Assembly: GCA_977018835.1 (NCBI GenBank)
Contig: OZ361257.1
Span: 1,116,001-1,180,000 of the forward strand
DNA from: Minutocellus sp. GHC0000111
Taxonomy: Eukaryota
Length of the DNA: 64,000 nucleotides
Reading direction: 5' to 3'
Translations under genes and position numbers: made by a program
Notes under the pieces: model-generated
Told to the model about the DNA's origin: nothing
Seen by the model: only the letters and a program-made list of their open reading frames with translations
Databases searched by the model: none
Shown here: positions 49,208 to 62,262 of the stretch, piece after piece
Position numbering within the stretch: position 1 is the first letter of the stretch
Layout: every line of letters begins with the position of its first letter

Positions 49208-51181
49208 ATGGCGAGTAGCAGAGCTGCCGCTGCGTTGCCTCTGTTCCGCTTAGTTCTCGTCTACGCACTCCTCGCCACGGTTGATGCATTCATCACCATG
49301 ACTCAAAGGCCGGCAACGACAGCTACTTCGTCAAGCGAGGTGCACGTAGCATCGAGAGACACAGCTCATGGTGGCCACTTTGAGACCAGCGAGGAGCTGG
49401 CTGGCGATGCCGCCGCCGTAGAGGATGATGCCTCCACTTCAAGTGGTCTACCTCCCGATCTGTTCTCCAGATTCGGAGCCGTCGTGCTGCTGGAGGTGTC
49501 CTATGTTGAGCCCGAGTATCTCCGCCCGTGGCAAAAATCACGCCAGGGCTCCTGCACCGGTACTGGATTTGTGGTGCCCGACGACGAGACCGGCACTCGA
49601 CGGTTGCTCACCAACCTTCACGTTGTGCAAGACGCAACTGATATCCGAGTGAGGAAGCACGGCAACAGTAGGCGATGGAGGGCAAGGGTAGTCGTCAAGG
49701 CAGCCGATGTCGATCTGGCTGTACTTCAAATTGTAAGTGAAGATGAACAGGAGGTGGCCGACTTCTGGGACGGTGTCAAGCCCGTTCAGTGGGGTGATGA
49801 CAATGGTCCACCTTTGCTGCAGTCTTCGGTAAATGTTGTTGGATTTCCCACTGGAGGTAGAACCATTTGTGTTACTGAAGGAGTTGTAAGTAGAATTGAT
49901 TGCAGGAACTATCGTCTCAAGACAGGAGGGGCCGCGCCGGGCAAATTGCTAGTGATTCAGGTAGATTCAGCGATTAATCCAGGAAATTCTGGAGGACCAT
50001 GCTTCGATGCTGATGGAAGGGTAGTTGGTGTTGCCTTCCAAGGACTCGATGGGAACGATGCGCAAAACGTTGGTTACATCATACCAACAAGTACTGCTCT
50101 TAATTTCCTGGCGGCGATCGAGTACAACGACGATGGCACTTGCGAATACAAGGGCGTGCAAGAAATTCCTTTTCGGTGGGCCAACTTGCAGAACAAATCT
50201 CTTCGAAAGTTTCTCAACTTTGACGGCAACAGTGGAGTGGTGGTAAGGAAAGTAAGCCCTCTTGCTGCAAAGAAAAATGAAGGGAATTTCTTGCAAATCG
50301 ACGACGTTATTACGCACATCGGTGAGTTACATGTAGTTCTATCACCATTTGCCGGGTACTTTGAACTGATTCTGTGTCTCACATTATTCTTTCTCACATC
50401 ATTCACAAACACAACAACGAAAATAGATGGGCGTGAGCTGGGAGAAGACTACACCGTCGCTTTGAGGAACGATGAGCTAATGAACGCTGACTTTCTGATC
50501 ACTGGCAAGCGGCGTGGTGAGCCAACAACATTCACGGTTGTTCGAGATACCAAGGCAATTGAAATCACCACAACGTCATCACCTTTGGTGTCAAACGTAC
50601 CCAGAGATCATGATATAGATTGTACACCTGAATGGCTCGTCATTGGCGGTCTTCTCTTTGTCCCACTTACATGCCCTTTGCTTTCATATGGAACCACTGA
50701 AGGGTTGGAAGCAAGTGGATACTTGGCGATATATGATTACATGGACGACGAGCTGAGCAGATTCCGACAGGAAGAGGATACGGAGATAATCCTCCTCTTA
50801 GATATCCTGAGTTGCGACACAAATTTCGGATACGACTTCAATCAGCGATGGCGAAAACTTGATACTTTGAACGGACACAAGTTAAAGAACATGGCCGAGT
50901 TATACAATATGTACGAGGATGCGTGCAAATCTATTGCAGCTGACAGCGACGATAAAACAGATTTCTTGCAGTTCATCTTCAAAGACAAGGCCAGGATAGT
51001 TCTCGAAACAAAAGAATGCGTCGCGAGTGAGGCCGAGGTCTTGGATCAGCATGGTATCCCCAAGTCCGTTTCTACTGGTATATTGACAAGGGCAGCCGAG
51101 GAGCGGGGTGCTAGTCTAGTAAATAAATTAATTGCCAATAAGTTGCATAGATCTGTCAGACCTATGACCTGTGCTTACTAG
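49208..51181 (+). CDS. Deg/HtrA serine protease (Deg2/9/10-like), probably plastid-targeted; in-frame intron 50322-50426
   Basis: Signal peptide ending VDA-F; triad TNLHVV, DVDLA, INPGNSGGP; PDZ-like regions. Confidence 0.9.
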   Translation: MASSRAAAALPLFRLVLVYALLATVDAFITMTQRPATTATSSSEVHVASRDTAHGGHFETSEELAGDAAAVEDDASTSSGLPPDLFSRFGAVVLLEVSYVEPEYLRPWQKSRQGSCTGTGFVVPDDETGTRRLLTNLHVVQDATDIRVRKHGNSRRWRARVVVKAADVDLAVLQIVSEDEQEVADFWDGVKPVQWGDDNGPPLLQSSVNVVGFPTGGRTICVTEGVVSRIDCRNYRLKTGGAAPGKLLVIQVDSAINPGNSGGPCFDADGRVVGVAFQGLDGNDAQNVGYIIPTSTALNFLAAIEYNDDGTCEYKGVQEIPFRWANLQNKSLRKFLNFDGNSGVVVRKVSPLAAKKNEGNFLQIDDVITHIGELHVVLSPFAGYFELILCLTLFFLTSFTNTTTKIDGRELGEDYTVALRNDELMNADFLITGKRRGEPTTFTVVRDTKAIEITTTSSPLVSNVPRDHDIDCTPEWLVIGGLLFVPLTCPLLSYGTTEGLEASGYLAIYDYMDDELSRFRQEEDTEIILLLDILSCDTNFGYDFNQRWRKLDTLNGHKLKNMAELYNMYEDACKSIAADSDDKTDFLQFIFKDKARIVLETKECVASEAEVLDQHGIPKSVSTGILTRAAEERGASLVNKLIANKLHRSVRPMTCAY

Positions 51182-51219
51182 TATTGGGTTGACGATTTGC
51201 AATGTTATTATAATTGGCA

Positions 51220-54200
51220 TTACCTTCTACCTCTCCTTCCGCCACTTTGGGACCGTCTTCGGCCGTCTCCACCTCCAGGGCCTCCGGGACCTCGTTCCCA
51301 GTCACGACCACGAGGTGGCCCATCAGGCCCTCGGCCCCGGTCCCAATCTCTACCACCGCCACCTTGAGGACCACCACCGCCGCCGCGATTGGGAGGCGAG
51401 GGGCCTCGCCCGACATTGCCTTGTGGATGGCCTCCTCGTTGGTTCTGTTGACCACCGCCTCCGCCGCGTCCACCTAGAGCCGATCCGCGACCGCCTGAGC
51501 CGCCGCCTCTACCGCCCGGACCGCCTCTACCACCAGCTCCACCCCCTCTTCCGCCACTGCCATTGTTCCCTCCCCTGGAAGGATTGTTGTCTGTTTTGGC
51601 TTTCTTTGCCTCCTGTTGAACTCTGGCATCCTAAGATTCTTTTTTGTCCGTTTCATCGATACTATCGGCTTTCCTTTTCCTGCCCCGATTGTTTTTCTTT
51701 TTCTTCTTCGCCGACTTATTGCTACCCTCTTCATCGTCTTTCTCGGCTCCACTTGCCACGGTCTCCTTGCTCTCCTCTGCACCGCTAGTCCCAGCATTGC
51801 CATTGTCATCGCCAACATTGCCACCGCCATCAGCTATGAGTCCCATTTCTTGAGCAATCTTCTGAAATTCCGTCTGTTTGTCTTCCTCACTCTTGATGAC
51901 TTGCTCCTCATCTTCATCCATTGACCCATTTCCAGGTTCTCCAACGCTTGGTGCATCCTCTGTACGAGAGACGTTCACATCTACCGCTTCCTCGTCACTC
52001 TTCTTCTCACTCTCGGTGGCCTTCGAAGCCTTAGCCTTTGTGGAAGCCTCGGCCTTCTCTTTGGCTTTTAATTCATCGAAATCGACAACTTCTTCCACCT
52101 TAGGTTCATCTCCAGGAATTGTAGTATCCTTGTCTACCTTCCAGATCGATCGAACGACGCGTTCGAAATCTCCGTCTTTTCTACGAACTTCTCCAAAGCT
52201 ACCCAGATGGTCTCTGGCAAGCAGTCTCATGGCTCGCCAAGCGAAAGGCTTATCGTTGCGTGGGTGATACTCGGCTTCAATGCCATTTTCAGGATCCAGA
52301 GCTTCGACATATTCCTCAAGAAAGACTGAAAGAGGCGGAACGCATTCTGCCATCTTTTTAGCAATTGAAGGAACATCGTTCTTGACATCGAGCCGGTACG
52401 AGTACAAGTCCGACGGACCCGCTGCCGACGAGGTTAGATCGGCGGCTGCTCCGCCTCCTCCAAGTGGACCCGACATCATGAGCCTCCGCCGCTTTCTCTT
52501 CTTGGCCTCATCGGACTCGGCGTCATCTTCTTTGCCCTTTTGCACACCGAATGATTCGATATCGGGCTGACATTTGTTGGACTTCCACTTCCTCCACATG
52601 GCCTCCCTCTCCGTCAGTATCCATTCAATTGTCTTTAGATGACTGGCGCCGTTGGGAGGTGTCTGTCTCATGAGGACTTCTGCCCGCTTTCGGATAGCCG
52701 CCAAGGCCCGGACGATTTCTGTTGCCTTGATGACCTTTGGGCCATTCGTCGCTATAGTAGACGAAAGGTAGGACGCCATGATGAGAAGCTGGGTTAAGAA
52801 ATGAAGTCTCATCTCTGGGTCACGGAGCTGCAAGTGAAGGAGCTGGCTGTTGGTAAGATACTTGAGATGTTGATCAGAGGATGACGAGTTTGATGCGGAG
52901 GTGGCCGTCCCACTTTCAGATGAAGGGTCTACTACCATCCGTAGCTTGCTGGCTTGGTATCTGCATTGAGTGTTGTAGAAAGAACGATGTGTTGAGATGT
53001 GAACAATGTGAGTTTACGGTCGCTTGAGAAAGAGAGCACGAGATATAAAGAACCCCTTGCCAAGAACACCGGTATTTCCAGCTACATACCTCGACTTGCT
53101 CTGTCGAACTACCTCGTCGGGAAAAGGCCGACCCTCCAACGCCGTCAAGACGGTCCGAACATCCCGAACAAAGTCCATGGCGGGCTGCGCATTGAAAGCC
53201 TGTGCAGCAGCCGCGGCAGCTGCGGGTGGAGCCTTACCACCGCCGGCGGCCGCACCGCCAGATGAGGCGGACCCGTCCTTGATGCCATTTAGAATAATAC
53301 TGGGGTCGGTAAATTCCTTCTGCACTCCCCAGAACGTCTTGTAGAAGGGATAGTCCACCGATTCGGCATCCTCCTCGTCGTGTCCCCTGTCCTCCTTCTT
53401 TGCATTCTTCGTCGCCTTCTGGACGGCGGCATCATTCTCCACGGCCCCATCTTCCGTGCTCCCGGCCCCATCGGCGCCAGCACTCAGCGCATGCTGCAGG
53501 AAGGTCTCTTCGTCCTCAAAGTCGGTAATGTTCGCTACGTTGAACGTCCCCAGAACATTGACGGCCGACCGCTCGCTGAGGGGGAAGACCTTGGCCAGCA
53601 ACGTCATGACGCTGCCCGCAAATGCCGCATCGCGGTCGCGGTTCGACAGCTTCCGCAGGAGTTTGTTGCACAGCTTGAGGAGGAGGAATTGCGACCCGCG
53701 CTGGAAGAGGTTGGCCGTAGGCTTGCCGTCAGGAGACGACGACGACGAGGAGGAGGAGGAAGAGGCGGCAGCGGCGAGATCGGCGATCCAATCGGTCGGG
53801 CCGGACGTCCAGATGGTCTTGAGGATGGACGGGGGAAGGGCGTCAATGGTATCCTCGAGGAGGACGAAGGGGAGCTTGCGAATGAAAGGATGCGCCATGC
53901 CCTTGTAACAAAGAGGTGGGGCCGATGAAGCAGAGGACTCATCGCTCGCATCCAACGCCTCGGCAAGCTGGACCATGTGCAAACACAAGTCGATGGTCGA
54001 ACGAAGGCACGCCAAGACGGCGGCCAGGGCCGAAGAGGAGTCGGAGGTGTCCATCATGTTATCGGCGGCGCCGTCATTACTCCCCGAACCGCCATGAGCA
54101 TTGAGCAGGCCGGACGCCAGCGTGAGCAAATGCCCACGCACCGAAATCTCCAATTCATCGATGCGCTGCCCGGCCGTCGTTTCGACGTCGGAAGCGGAGG

Positions 54201-54324
54201 AGGTGAGGGGAAGGGCAGCCTCGGCATATTGGTTCAGCGGCTCCGGCAGGGAGGAGAGGAACGCAGCCGGATCCGCGGCGGCGGCGGCGGCAGCAGCAGC
54301 GCCCGACGAAGTGCTGCCGGTCAT
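51220..54324 (-). CDS. THOC1: THO complex subunit 1 (Hpr1); intron ~52960-53090
   Basis: LLKLCNKLLRKLS...FAGSV..LLAKVFPLSERSAVNV.G.FN..N.T, FYKTFWGVQ..F.DP, KYLTNSQLLHLQLRD, W.KWK...C; RG-rich tail with an apparent frameshift near 51630. Confidence 0.88.
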
Positions 54325-56284
54325 GCTGGGTTGTAATGATGCCGAGCCTTGCTCTCGGGGTGCAGCGAGAGCGGCAGCCGATATGACTGTTTTGTGCTCG
54401 TCATCGTCATGGTTGCATTTTTCTCGAGTCCGTCTGTCTGTCGTTCACACGCCTATTGGTCGAACAAGTCGACCAAAAGATCCCGGAAATGTCGTGCTGC
54501 TGCTGCTGCTGCAGGCTGCAGGCTTCTCTTCGTTGACACCTCAAGTCATAATCTGATTGCAGCGATGATTATCAACACCTTCCGTGTAGCAGGATAACGA
54601 GCACGATGAGTAGACGTTTGGTTTTGTTGCCGCGAGTAGGAGAGCGGAGATTGGAATGACACTTTGGGAGCGGAGGGGTTTGGCCGACTCGACTGGTAAT
54701 AAGGAGAGGACAGGATGGCCGCAGCAGCGCAGGCAAGTCATGTCGAGAAAGATTCGATTCGTTTGCACGATCCAGGGGCCGCATGACGTGAGGGCCGGGT
54801 GGAAGAGAGCAAGCTGAATTCGAGTTGAAGTGGTGTCCGTATGAAAGGCTTTTGGGATTGGGAGACAGGAGAGGCATGTATTCTTCGAATGGAGATATTG
54901 TTCCCTTCCTTCTTTTTGATCCGACAAAAATACCGCAGAAATTCTTCGACGTTCACGACCGGTACCTACATCAAAAGGTGAGAGTCTACACACAGCACTT
55001 ACTTCTTTCAGAGGATAGATCAGCCCAAGGGCAACCAATGTCGAAAGATACGAGGCAAGTTCGTCTGATTCATGCGTTCAAGTAAGTCTGGGTCCGTCAA
55101 TCATCGATTTTGAGGGTTCTCGAAGCTAGAGTTCTTTTTCCGTTCAATCAAGCGCGTGTCAAGTCAGGCTACGATTTTGTACATTTCGAGTCGAGAGAAG
55201 TTCATCGTATACATCGCGTAAATGTCCGTGAAGATCCGTTGGCTTGTTCCGATTGCCGATTTATTTGGTAGACGGGGCGAGGTGGCGGCGTTTCTCGAAG
55301 CTAGGGTTGTTTCTTCGTCGAGTACAAGGGTCAGATCACAGCAGGGCATCAAGCATCAGTCATCAGGCAGGACATCGCGCAACGAGCTGTTTTCTACGTT
55401 TGTGATTTTTATCGTTTTGTACAACGCAACATTTTTGTTCCTCAAGCTACCGAAGTTCTACACACAGCTACAGAAAGACCGGTACGTCGTACAGTGAAAG
55501 ATCAGCCGAGTTGGAAATATGGCAGAGTTCTGAGGTCCGGTATACGAGTGAGAGGAGAGGTATTCCATCGGTACGCCTGCAACTTGTTTGAGATGGTATT
55601 TTTACGTGCATTCTTCGCGTGTTGGTCCTTGGGTTCGTCCCTCTTTCTTCCTTCTACGCTGTTCTCCGTCGTAGAGCATCCACCTTTGACGCTGAGACCT
55701 TCGAGACCGAGCAACCTATACTATTCACCGAATGAAGTCGTATTCATCACCACATCTCCAGCGCCTCCATCTCCCCGCAAATACTGCAATTTGTTCCAGT
55801 GTCAGCATCTCGATTCACTCTTCAGCTTAGACTGCGTAGCTACGTAGGTAGTAGTAGTATGCTTCATACAAGCTTCGTCCAGTTGGGTTTCATCCCATCC
55901 TTCGGCTTCTCTTCATACTTTCGTCCTGGGTCCCTTTCTTGATCTTCATCGCATCCACAGATCTTTTTGAGTGTCTTCGACCACCCGTAGTTGAAGCGGA
56001 ATCTCCAACAAAACCAACCTTACGCGACAATTTACCAGCTCGTGGGGATGGGAACGGGCGCAAGGAGGGTTGTTTATCTAGGGGCGGACTATTCGCAATT
56101 GTTATGTAGCTAGCTAGGAATCATTTTTCAGGGAGCGTACCGGTAGACATAGAGACCTTGAGAACAATGGTGTAAAAATTATTACAACGTAAGATTTGAA
56201 TTTATTACATTTTTACTGCGTAGCTTCAGCACTTCTTCCTTCCCACGTAGTCTCCAGTCGGGGGAAGCAATTGATTGAAGTGTA

Positions 56285-59200
56285 TCATTCTGTTTCCTCC
56301 GAAGGATCTTCCTTTGTATCATAGTCCTCTGCGAAATTGACGACCCGATTGATTCCTCGAGGCTGTTCATCCCGAAGCAAGAGCTGTAATTTGGGGATGC
56401 GGTCGGAAAAGTTGGTCATGAAATCGGTAGCAAGCTCCTCTGTCTCGTCAAAGGTGAAAAGATTGATATCGACACGGGTGTCTCCGTCCCACGCCACGAC
56501 AACGGTGCCCTCTTCCATGACGGCGGCTGCCATGGCGCCATCACCAATATCTTTTTCGACCAACGTGACGCCTTCGGTGATTGTGTACCCCATCGCTGCG
56601 ATAGTCTCACTCAGCGCCTTTTCGATTGCAGCGCTCGAAGTTGACGGACCCCCTTCTTCGATATTCAGCTGGAAGACAGTCTGACGACCAAATGAATTCT
56701 GGCTGACATACTGCATTAGAGAATCTTCGAGATCATAGTCATCCTTCCTGAAGTACTGAGGATTGAATTCATTTTGAGCTTTGACCAGAGCACCTTGAAC
56801 CTTTCGAACAACAACGTCAAGGCCAGAAGTTCGCTCTTCAACATTCTTCGCAACATCTTCCAAATGGATGAAGAAGTCGGGATCCTCGGTAGAGAGAATA
56901 CCAACCTCCATCATTTTGTCAGAGCTCGAGATGACTAGCTCGGCGGCAAACATGGGATCATAGATGAGAGCCTTTCGCACTCTGTCAATCAAGTTATGCC
57001 TCTTGCGCCAGGTGTCCCGATGATCTGGCATCAAGCTCACGATGACAAAGTGGTCCGTCAATAGCTGGAAAAAGTTTCGCTGACTACTCCAGATACTGGA
57101 GGCAATCTTGAGCATGGTGACGGGCGCAATGGGATCGACAACGATGGCACTAATGCCTCCCTTGGAGGTCGCAGCTCGAAGGGCGACAAGGACCTCTTTC
57201 TCGCATTGCACCATGAGATCACCAATGTTCTCGGAAAACTCGGAGGCCGCGGCGAGCTCGGGACACGTGGGGATGAAAATGACCTCATCGATGCTCTTAT
57301 GGCGAGATACTGCGTCAAGGCTCTTGCAATCTTCTTTGGTTGGGCCACACAGGACAGCAGCCAACGCACCATCGCCTTGAATTAGATTCAGGGTTTCGTC
57401 CATAACGATATCGTTAGTTTCCTTGCTGTTCAAGTCACCCTCCTTGACATAGTCCACGCCGTCACAGCTCCGCGTCTTCTCGATAAGAGGTCCGATCGTT
57501 TTGTGGTCCTCGTCCCATGTGCTGGTTCCCGTCATACCGCCGGTAACGATTCGGTACGAAGACAAGGAGGAGTGATCACTGCCAAGAGCCTTCACAAGTG
57601 CATCACGCAGCTGCTCCATCTTATTGAACGAAGACCAAAGATGAATGTCCAAGGCACAGTACTTTTGATCGGGCCAGACGCGGACGGTAACATGACCTTC
57701 ATTCATGGGGATTACGGTTGAAACCGCATATTTACCTGGCGACTTGGTGTCGATCGGGTTCATCCCTTCGCTCTGAAGGACTTGGACGAGTTTGGAAACG
57801 AGGCTGCTGAATGGCTTGAGAGGGACGGTGGCATTCTCTACTTCTGAAACCATTAGGATAGCCGATCGACCTGTCATCTCTTCGTCCGGTTCGGATTCGT
57901 CGTCATCGCATTTTCCTTGTTCCAGTGCGGAGGTTCTCCTGTAGTCATGGAAGAGCTCGAGAGGATGATTCTCAATGGGCTCCAACAGCTTCGTACCAAC
58001 ATTGTGATCCTTGCGCTCATGGTGAAGGAAGTCGATGGCATTGCTGCCCAGAACGACGACCTGGTCACAAATGATGGGAAGGTCCGGTCGGTAAATCTGA
58101 GCAGTGTAGTCAAAGAGCTCGCTGAATTTCTCCAAATAAAGCTCGTTCTTGACCATGATACCACCGGGTCTGAGAAGGAGGGCCAGGGCATTGAAGACGT
58201 CAAGCTTCTTGTTGACGGAGAGAGACATCACGGTCTCAGAAAGGTCAATGAGAACCAGATCAAACGAGCCGAAATAATCACGAGGGAGCATCAAGAGACT
58301 CTTTGTGGCATCGCCGAACCACCATTCGACGCGTTCGTCGTCGAAGTGGGGCTGCGTGTGGAAGTACTTGAAGGACTTACGGACAACCTTCTGATCAAGT
58401 TCGAGGCCAACGACCTTTTCGATGTTGGGGTACTTCAACGTCTCATACAAAAGCATCGAATCACCACCACCGACGAAAATGACACGTCGAACATCGTCAA
58501 GGTACCGAGCTGCAAAGTCCATGTTGTATTCATGATAGTGCGGGCGGTAACTGGAACAAATTTGGACCACATCATCAAGGTCAAAGCACACATCGTCAAT
58601 GTCCTTCTTTTCCACATAGTTGAGAGTCTGATAAATCGAATCGAGATTTTCCAGGTGGTCGTAGTCCTTGAATTGCATGATGTCCCGATTGTCACAAGTA
58701 ATGGGTTTGTAGTACTGCCCATCGCTCTCGTCGTAGTAGAGGTCATCTTTCTCGTCATCAAGAGGATCATACCCATCCGACGCAGAACAAGACTTGTCGG
58801 AAGCGTCACACGGGGCATCCAGATCTGCTCCAGGAGTGGCCTTGAGGGCCAGTCTCATTGCGTTGACCAGGGCATCCACGTATTCCCATAGCATATCCAG
58901 TTCGTAGGGGTCAACTGCAGTATTCTCAGCCTCGAGCTTCTTGAGTCGCTCGAGACGCCAAATCTCCTTTTTCATGAACGAAATGGATTCCTCAGAAAGC
59001 GTGATGCCCTTGGCGAATGTCACAGCGGTCTTATCGGGGGACCCCTCTACCTCCTTGAGGTCAAAGGCAAACCGACGCCCAGCAAAGATCCAACGTTGAG
59101 GGAACTGCTCAACGAAACCATAATCGCGAAAGATATCTGTGTGAATGGCGGTGTAATGTCGAAAAAAAAAGAATCGGTGTAAGAAGGATGAGGACGGGAA

Positions 59201-60077
59201 GTAGAGATGCGACGAGATGTATTTTTTAATTGATAAAGGAAAAGAATGGACAAAGCACAAAACATCCCAAACATGTTGTGAAACCACAACACTTACCGGG
59301 AGTACCGTAACTATTGGCCCGGCCACCACAATTGTTGCACATATTGTACGAGTTGTAGAGCTGCTCTCCTTTGGCAATGTCCCGCTTGGCCGTGAGGTAG
59401 AACCTCTTTCCTTCTTCGCGGTTGTTGTTAAGATTATGATACTGTCCGTTGCGATGCGAGTACATGTCGTAGAAGGGTATCATAAGATCATCCTCCGCCC
59501 GCTGCACCACAAGCAAGGCCGCCTGTTCGTCGAGGGGGTCGGTAGAGCCGTTGCAGTCCTCCCTCCAGTCCTCCTCGAGCCACGAGACAGGTTCCGATGG
59601 GGGCAGTTCCTCTCCTAGGACCTCCTTGAACAGTTCCTTGCCCGCCTCCGACCAGGCGGAGGGGAGCTCGCCGGCCCTCTGCTTCATCAGATAATTGGTG
59701 TAGGGGGAAAAGTCGGAACCGTCTCCCTTGCGCATTTCGTTGGCAAGGCGACGGGCGGTATCGCATACCAGCGGAGGGGGGTCCGTCACCCGATAACCGG
59801 CATGGATGATGGTGTCCCACGGAATGGACACCAGAACCTCGCCCTTGGCAATGTCATCGGTGGCAAACACACCCAGGACCGAGTTGGGATCGCTCGGCAC
59901 TTCCCGACGGATTTCTTGATTGGGATTAAACTCGGTGCCCTCCCGTCCTTCGAACCATTCAACCAGTTCCTTCACTTCCGGTGCATGTTCGGCATTGCAC
60001 ACAGATACCGTTGACGAAACGGCCAAAATGGCCGCTGCGAGGAAAAGCTGGGTGCCCCGAGGAAAGTAAATCTGCAT
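56285..60077 (-). CDS. Signal peptide + SET domain + aminopropyltransferase + two degenerate AdoMetDC-like domains; intron 59137-59296
   Basis: GVFATDDIAKGEVL, PFYDMYSHRNG, GEQLYNSY, YGTPDIFRDYGFVE; RPHYHE, VIFVGGGDS, VVGLELDQ, WFGDA; EGHVTVRVWPDQKYCALDIHLW; EGTVVVAWDG...VDINLF. Confidence 0.9.
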
Positions 60078-60756
60078 GATGAACGGTTTTGGATATGACT
60101 AGGACTGGGCAGTATCTCCACTGACAAACTGGATATACTCACAAGACCTCTAAAGAAAGATGGAACGCACAAATCAAATGGCGAGTTGCTCTCGGCTTGG
60201 GAGAATTTAATTTCGGCCAACAAACGCAAAATAAACGGCACGAGTACGAGAAGCGAAACGTGCCAATCTATCGATCCCGATGGAATTGGACTGACCGAAT
60301 AATTCGTAACCACAAATTCGTGCGGTCACAATGTAATTGCAAACAGCAGCGTGGAGGTGATTTGAATTGACCGTTGCTTTGCCTCCAAGGTGGAGCAATG
60401 AGATGAGTGATCATGCGTGGTATCTTGCCTGCTCGCGATTTTTTTCATAGTTTTGTCAAGGTTCTGAAAGCTATGCCGGCGTCTTCTTGACATCTTCGTC
60501 TGTATGACCTCAGACGGAAAGGTGGATATGCGTATGCGAACCCAAACGAGCGTTCGCATCCGACAACAAGGTGTCATATCATATCATGTCATCTCTTCGT
60601 TCGCGTTCGGCTTCTTTCTTCGCCGTGAGATGCGGACAACCATGACTCGATCTCGCCGCTCTGATGCATTGCCCATAAAACTGACGAGAATAATTCAGCC
60701 TAAAACAAGCAACGAAAAGCAGTAGTTATCACAAAACACGACATATCAAAGAGTAC

Positions 60757-62013
60757 ATGGCCAACATCTACCCTGACCAGGAAATCGACCCACTCTGGTG
60801 CAACACCGGTGCACCCTTGGCGGCTGGAGGTGAGATCCCGCCGCTCCCCTGCCACAACTCTACCGCCATGAGTGGAGGGACTGATCCATCTCCCCAGAGC
60901 ATCGTGTACTCTATACTCGTCTACGTTGCCGTTATGCTCCTCGTGCTGCTCCCTCTGTGTCCGTGCTTCCGATGTGACGAAGAACGTGACTATCGAGATA
61001 CAAAACGATACATCAAGAAACGAAAGGCCGACATCCTCGAGGACGTGATTACAAAGCCCGCGCAGGAACACAATGCCAGTGACGGGACCGAGGCGACAAA
61101 GGAGGAAGTCAGCACCCATGAAACATTTGAGATTGGCGATCTTGACGACGATGCGGATGATGAGAACGTCACCGCATGCGTCAATATCGACATTGGAGGC
61201 CCATCGTTGTCAATAGACACCACCGAAATATCGTCATCTGCAATGGATTCCATGGCCGAAGACGATACAAATCAAATGTCACATTCACAGCACTCTTCTG
61301 CCACGAGTGGAGGAAGGTTGATATGCAGCATATGCCTCGAATCCTTTGAAGCAGGTGAGGAGGTTTCGTGGAGTCGCAACACAGAATGCAATCACTGCTT
61401 TCATCAAGAGTGTATATCACAGTGGCTCATCAAACACGACGAATGTCCCGTCTGCAGAAATGATTATTTGTTTGACGATTGGAAGTACAATCAGCTCCCC
61501 CCTCCCGAACCTCCTCTGTTATGCATACTTCTGCGACGGCCGCCACCGAAATGCACATGTGCATCAGTAGAAGATACCCAGACGGACAAACGAACGGACT
61601 GTGTCTTTTGTGTAGTTCATGGGCTAGAAACACCATCAAGAGTAGCACTATGTGAAGTAACTTCGGCCGATGATGAGGAGAGTGGTGGAAAGCTCGAAGA
61701 CATCGACTTGGAGGCAGGTGAATATGAAGGGGGGTTAAAATGTGAAGAAGAACATGATGATAAGTGTAGTGATCCAGCTCCACAAATCAAGACCGCAGAG
61801 GTGGAGCCATCAAAGCCTTGTCCAGTCCACGGACGCAGAGGCAGCAAACCCCCTCAACGTAGAAACAGACAGACAAATACCGACGATGACAGCAACTCTG
61901 CCCAATGGTATGAAGATCGATTACGAGAAACTTGGTGGGCAATGTCTTCTCGACACCTTGGCATGAGACTTGAAGATTCGCCGTCTTATGCTGCACGGAA
62001 TCAGTTTACCTAG
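60757..62013 (+). CDS. Membrane-anchored RING-H2 E3 ubiquitin ligase
   Basis: N-terminal TM; CSICLESF...CNHCFHQECISQWL...CPVCR. Confidence 0.9.
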   Translation: MANIYPDQEIDPLWCNTGAPLAAGGEIPPLPCHNSTAMSGGTDPSPQSIVYSILVYVAVMLLVLLPLCPCFRCDEERDYRDTKRYIKKRKADILEDVITKPAQEHNASDGTEATKEEVSTHETFEIGDLDDDADDENVTACVNIDIGGPSLSIDTTEISSSAMDSMAEDDTNQMSHSQHSSATSGGRLICSICLESFEAGEEVSWSRNTECNHCFHQECISQWLIKHDECPVCRNDYLFDDWKYNQLPPPEPPLLCILLRRPPPKCTCASVEDTQTDKRTDCVFCVVHGLETPSRVALCEVTSADDEESGGKLEDIDLEAGEYEGGLKCEEEHDDKCSDPAPQIKTAEVEPSKPCPVHGRRGSKPPQRRNRQTNTDDDSNSAQWYEDRLRETWWAMSSRHLGMRLEDSPSYAARNQFT

Positions 62014-62262
62014 AGAATAAATCAAGAACAGAATAATAGAATAGAATGGTTTATACAGCATAATAATAGAATTGTATTGAATGGTTGGGATATTGGCTTG
62101 TTGATCCGGAACTTCCTGCCTCTCGCCTCACTCGCTCGCTCAGGCCAAAAAGAAACCCGGATGTCTTTCGCGCACCTCGACTCCGCTGGCGCCCGGGCGG
62201 CGCGCGGGGCGGCGGCGGGGCAGCAAATTGGCTCATTTCGACATTCGCAAATTACAAGAGCA

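Noticed and set aside
54540..56180. 1.6-kb gap with short ORFs and a 13-bp direct repeat (TTCTCGAAGCTAG near 55117 and 55292)
   Set aside because: No recognisable protein, TIR/TSD pair or RNA structure could be supported; may be a decayed gene
57917..58891. 324-aa antisense ORF; likewise 46714-47427, 8826-9491 and 2506-3264
   Set aside because: Each lies opposite a clearly identified coding region and has no independent motif support
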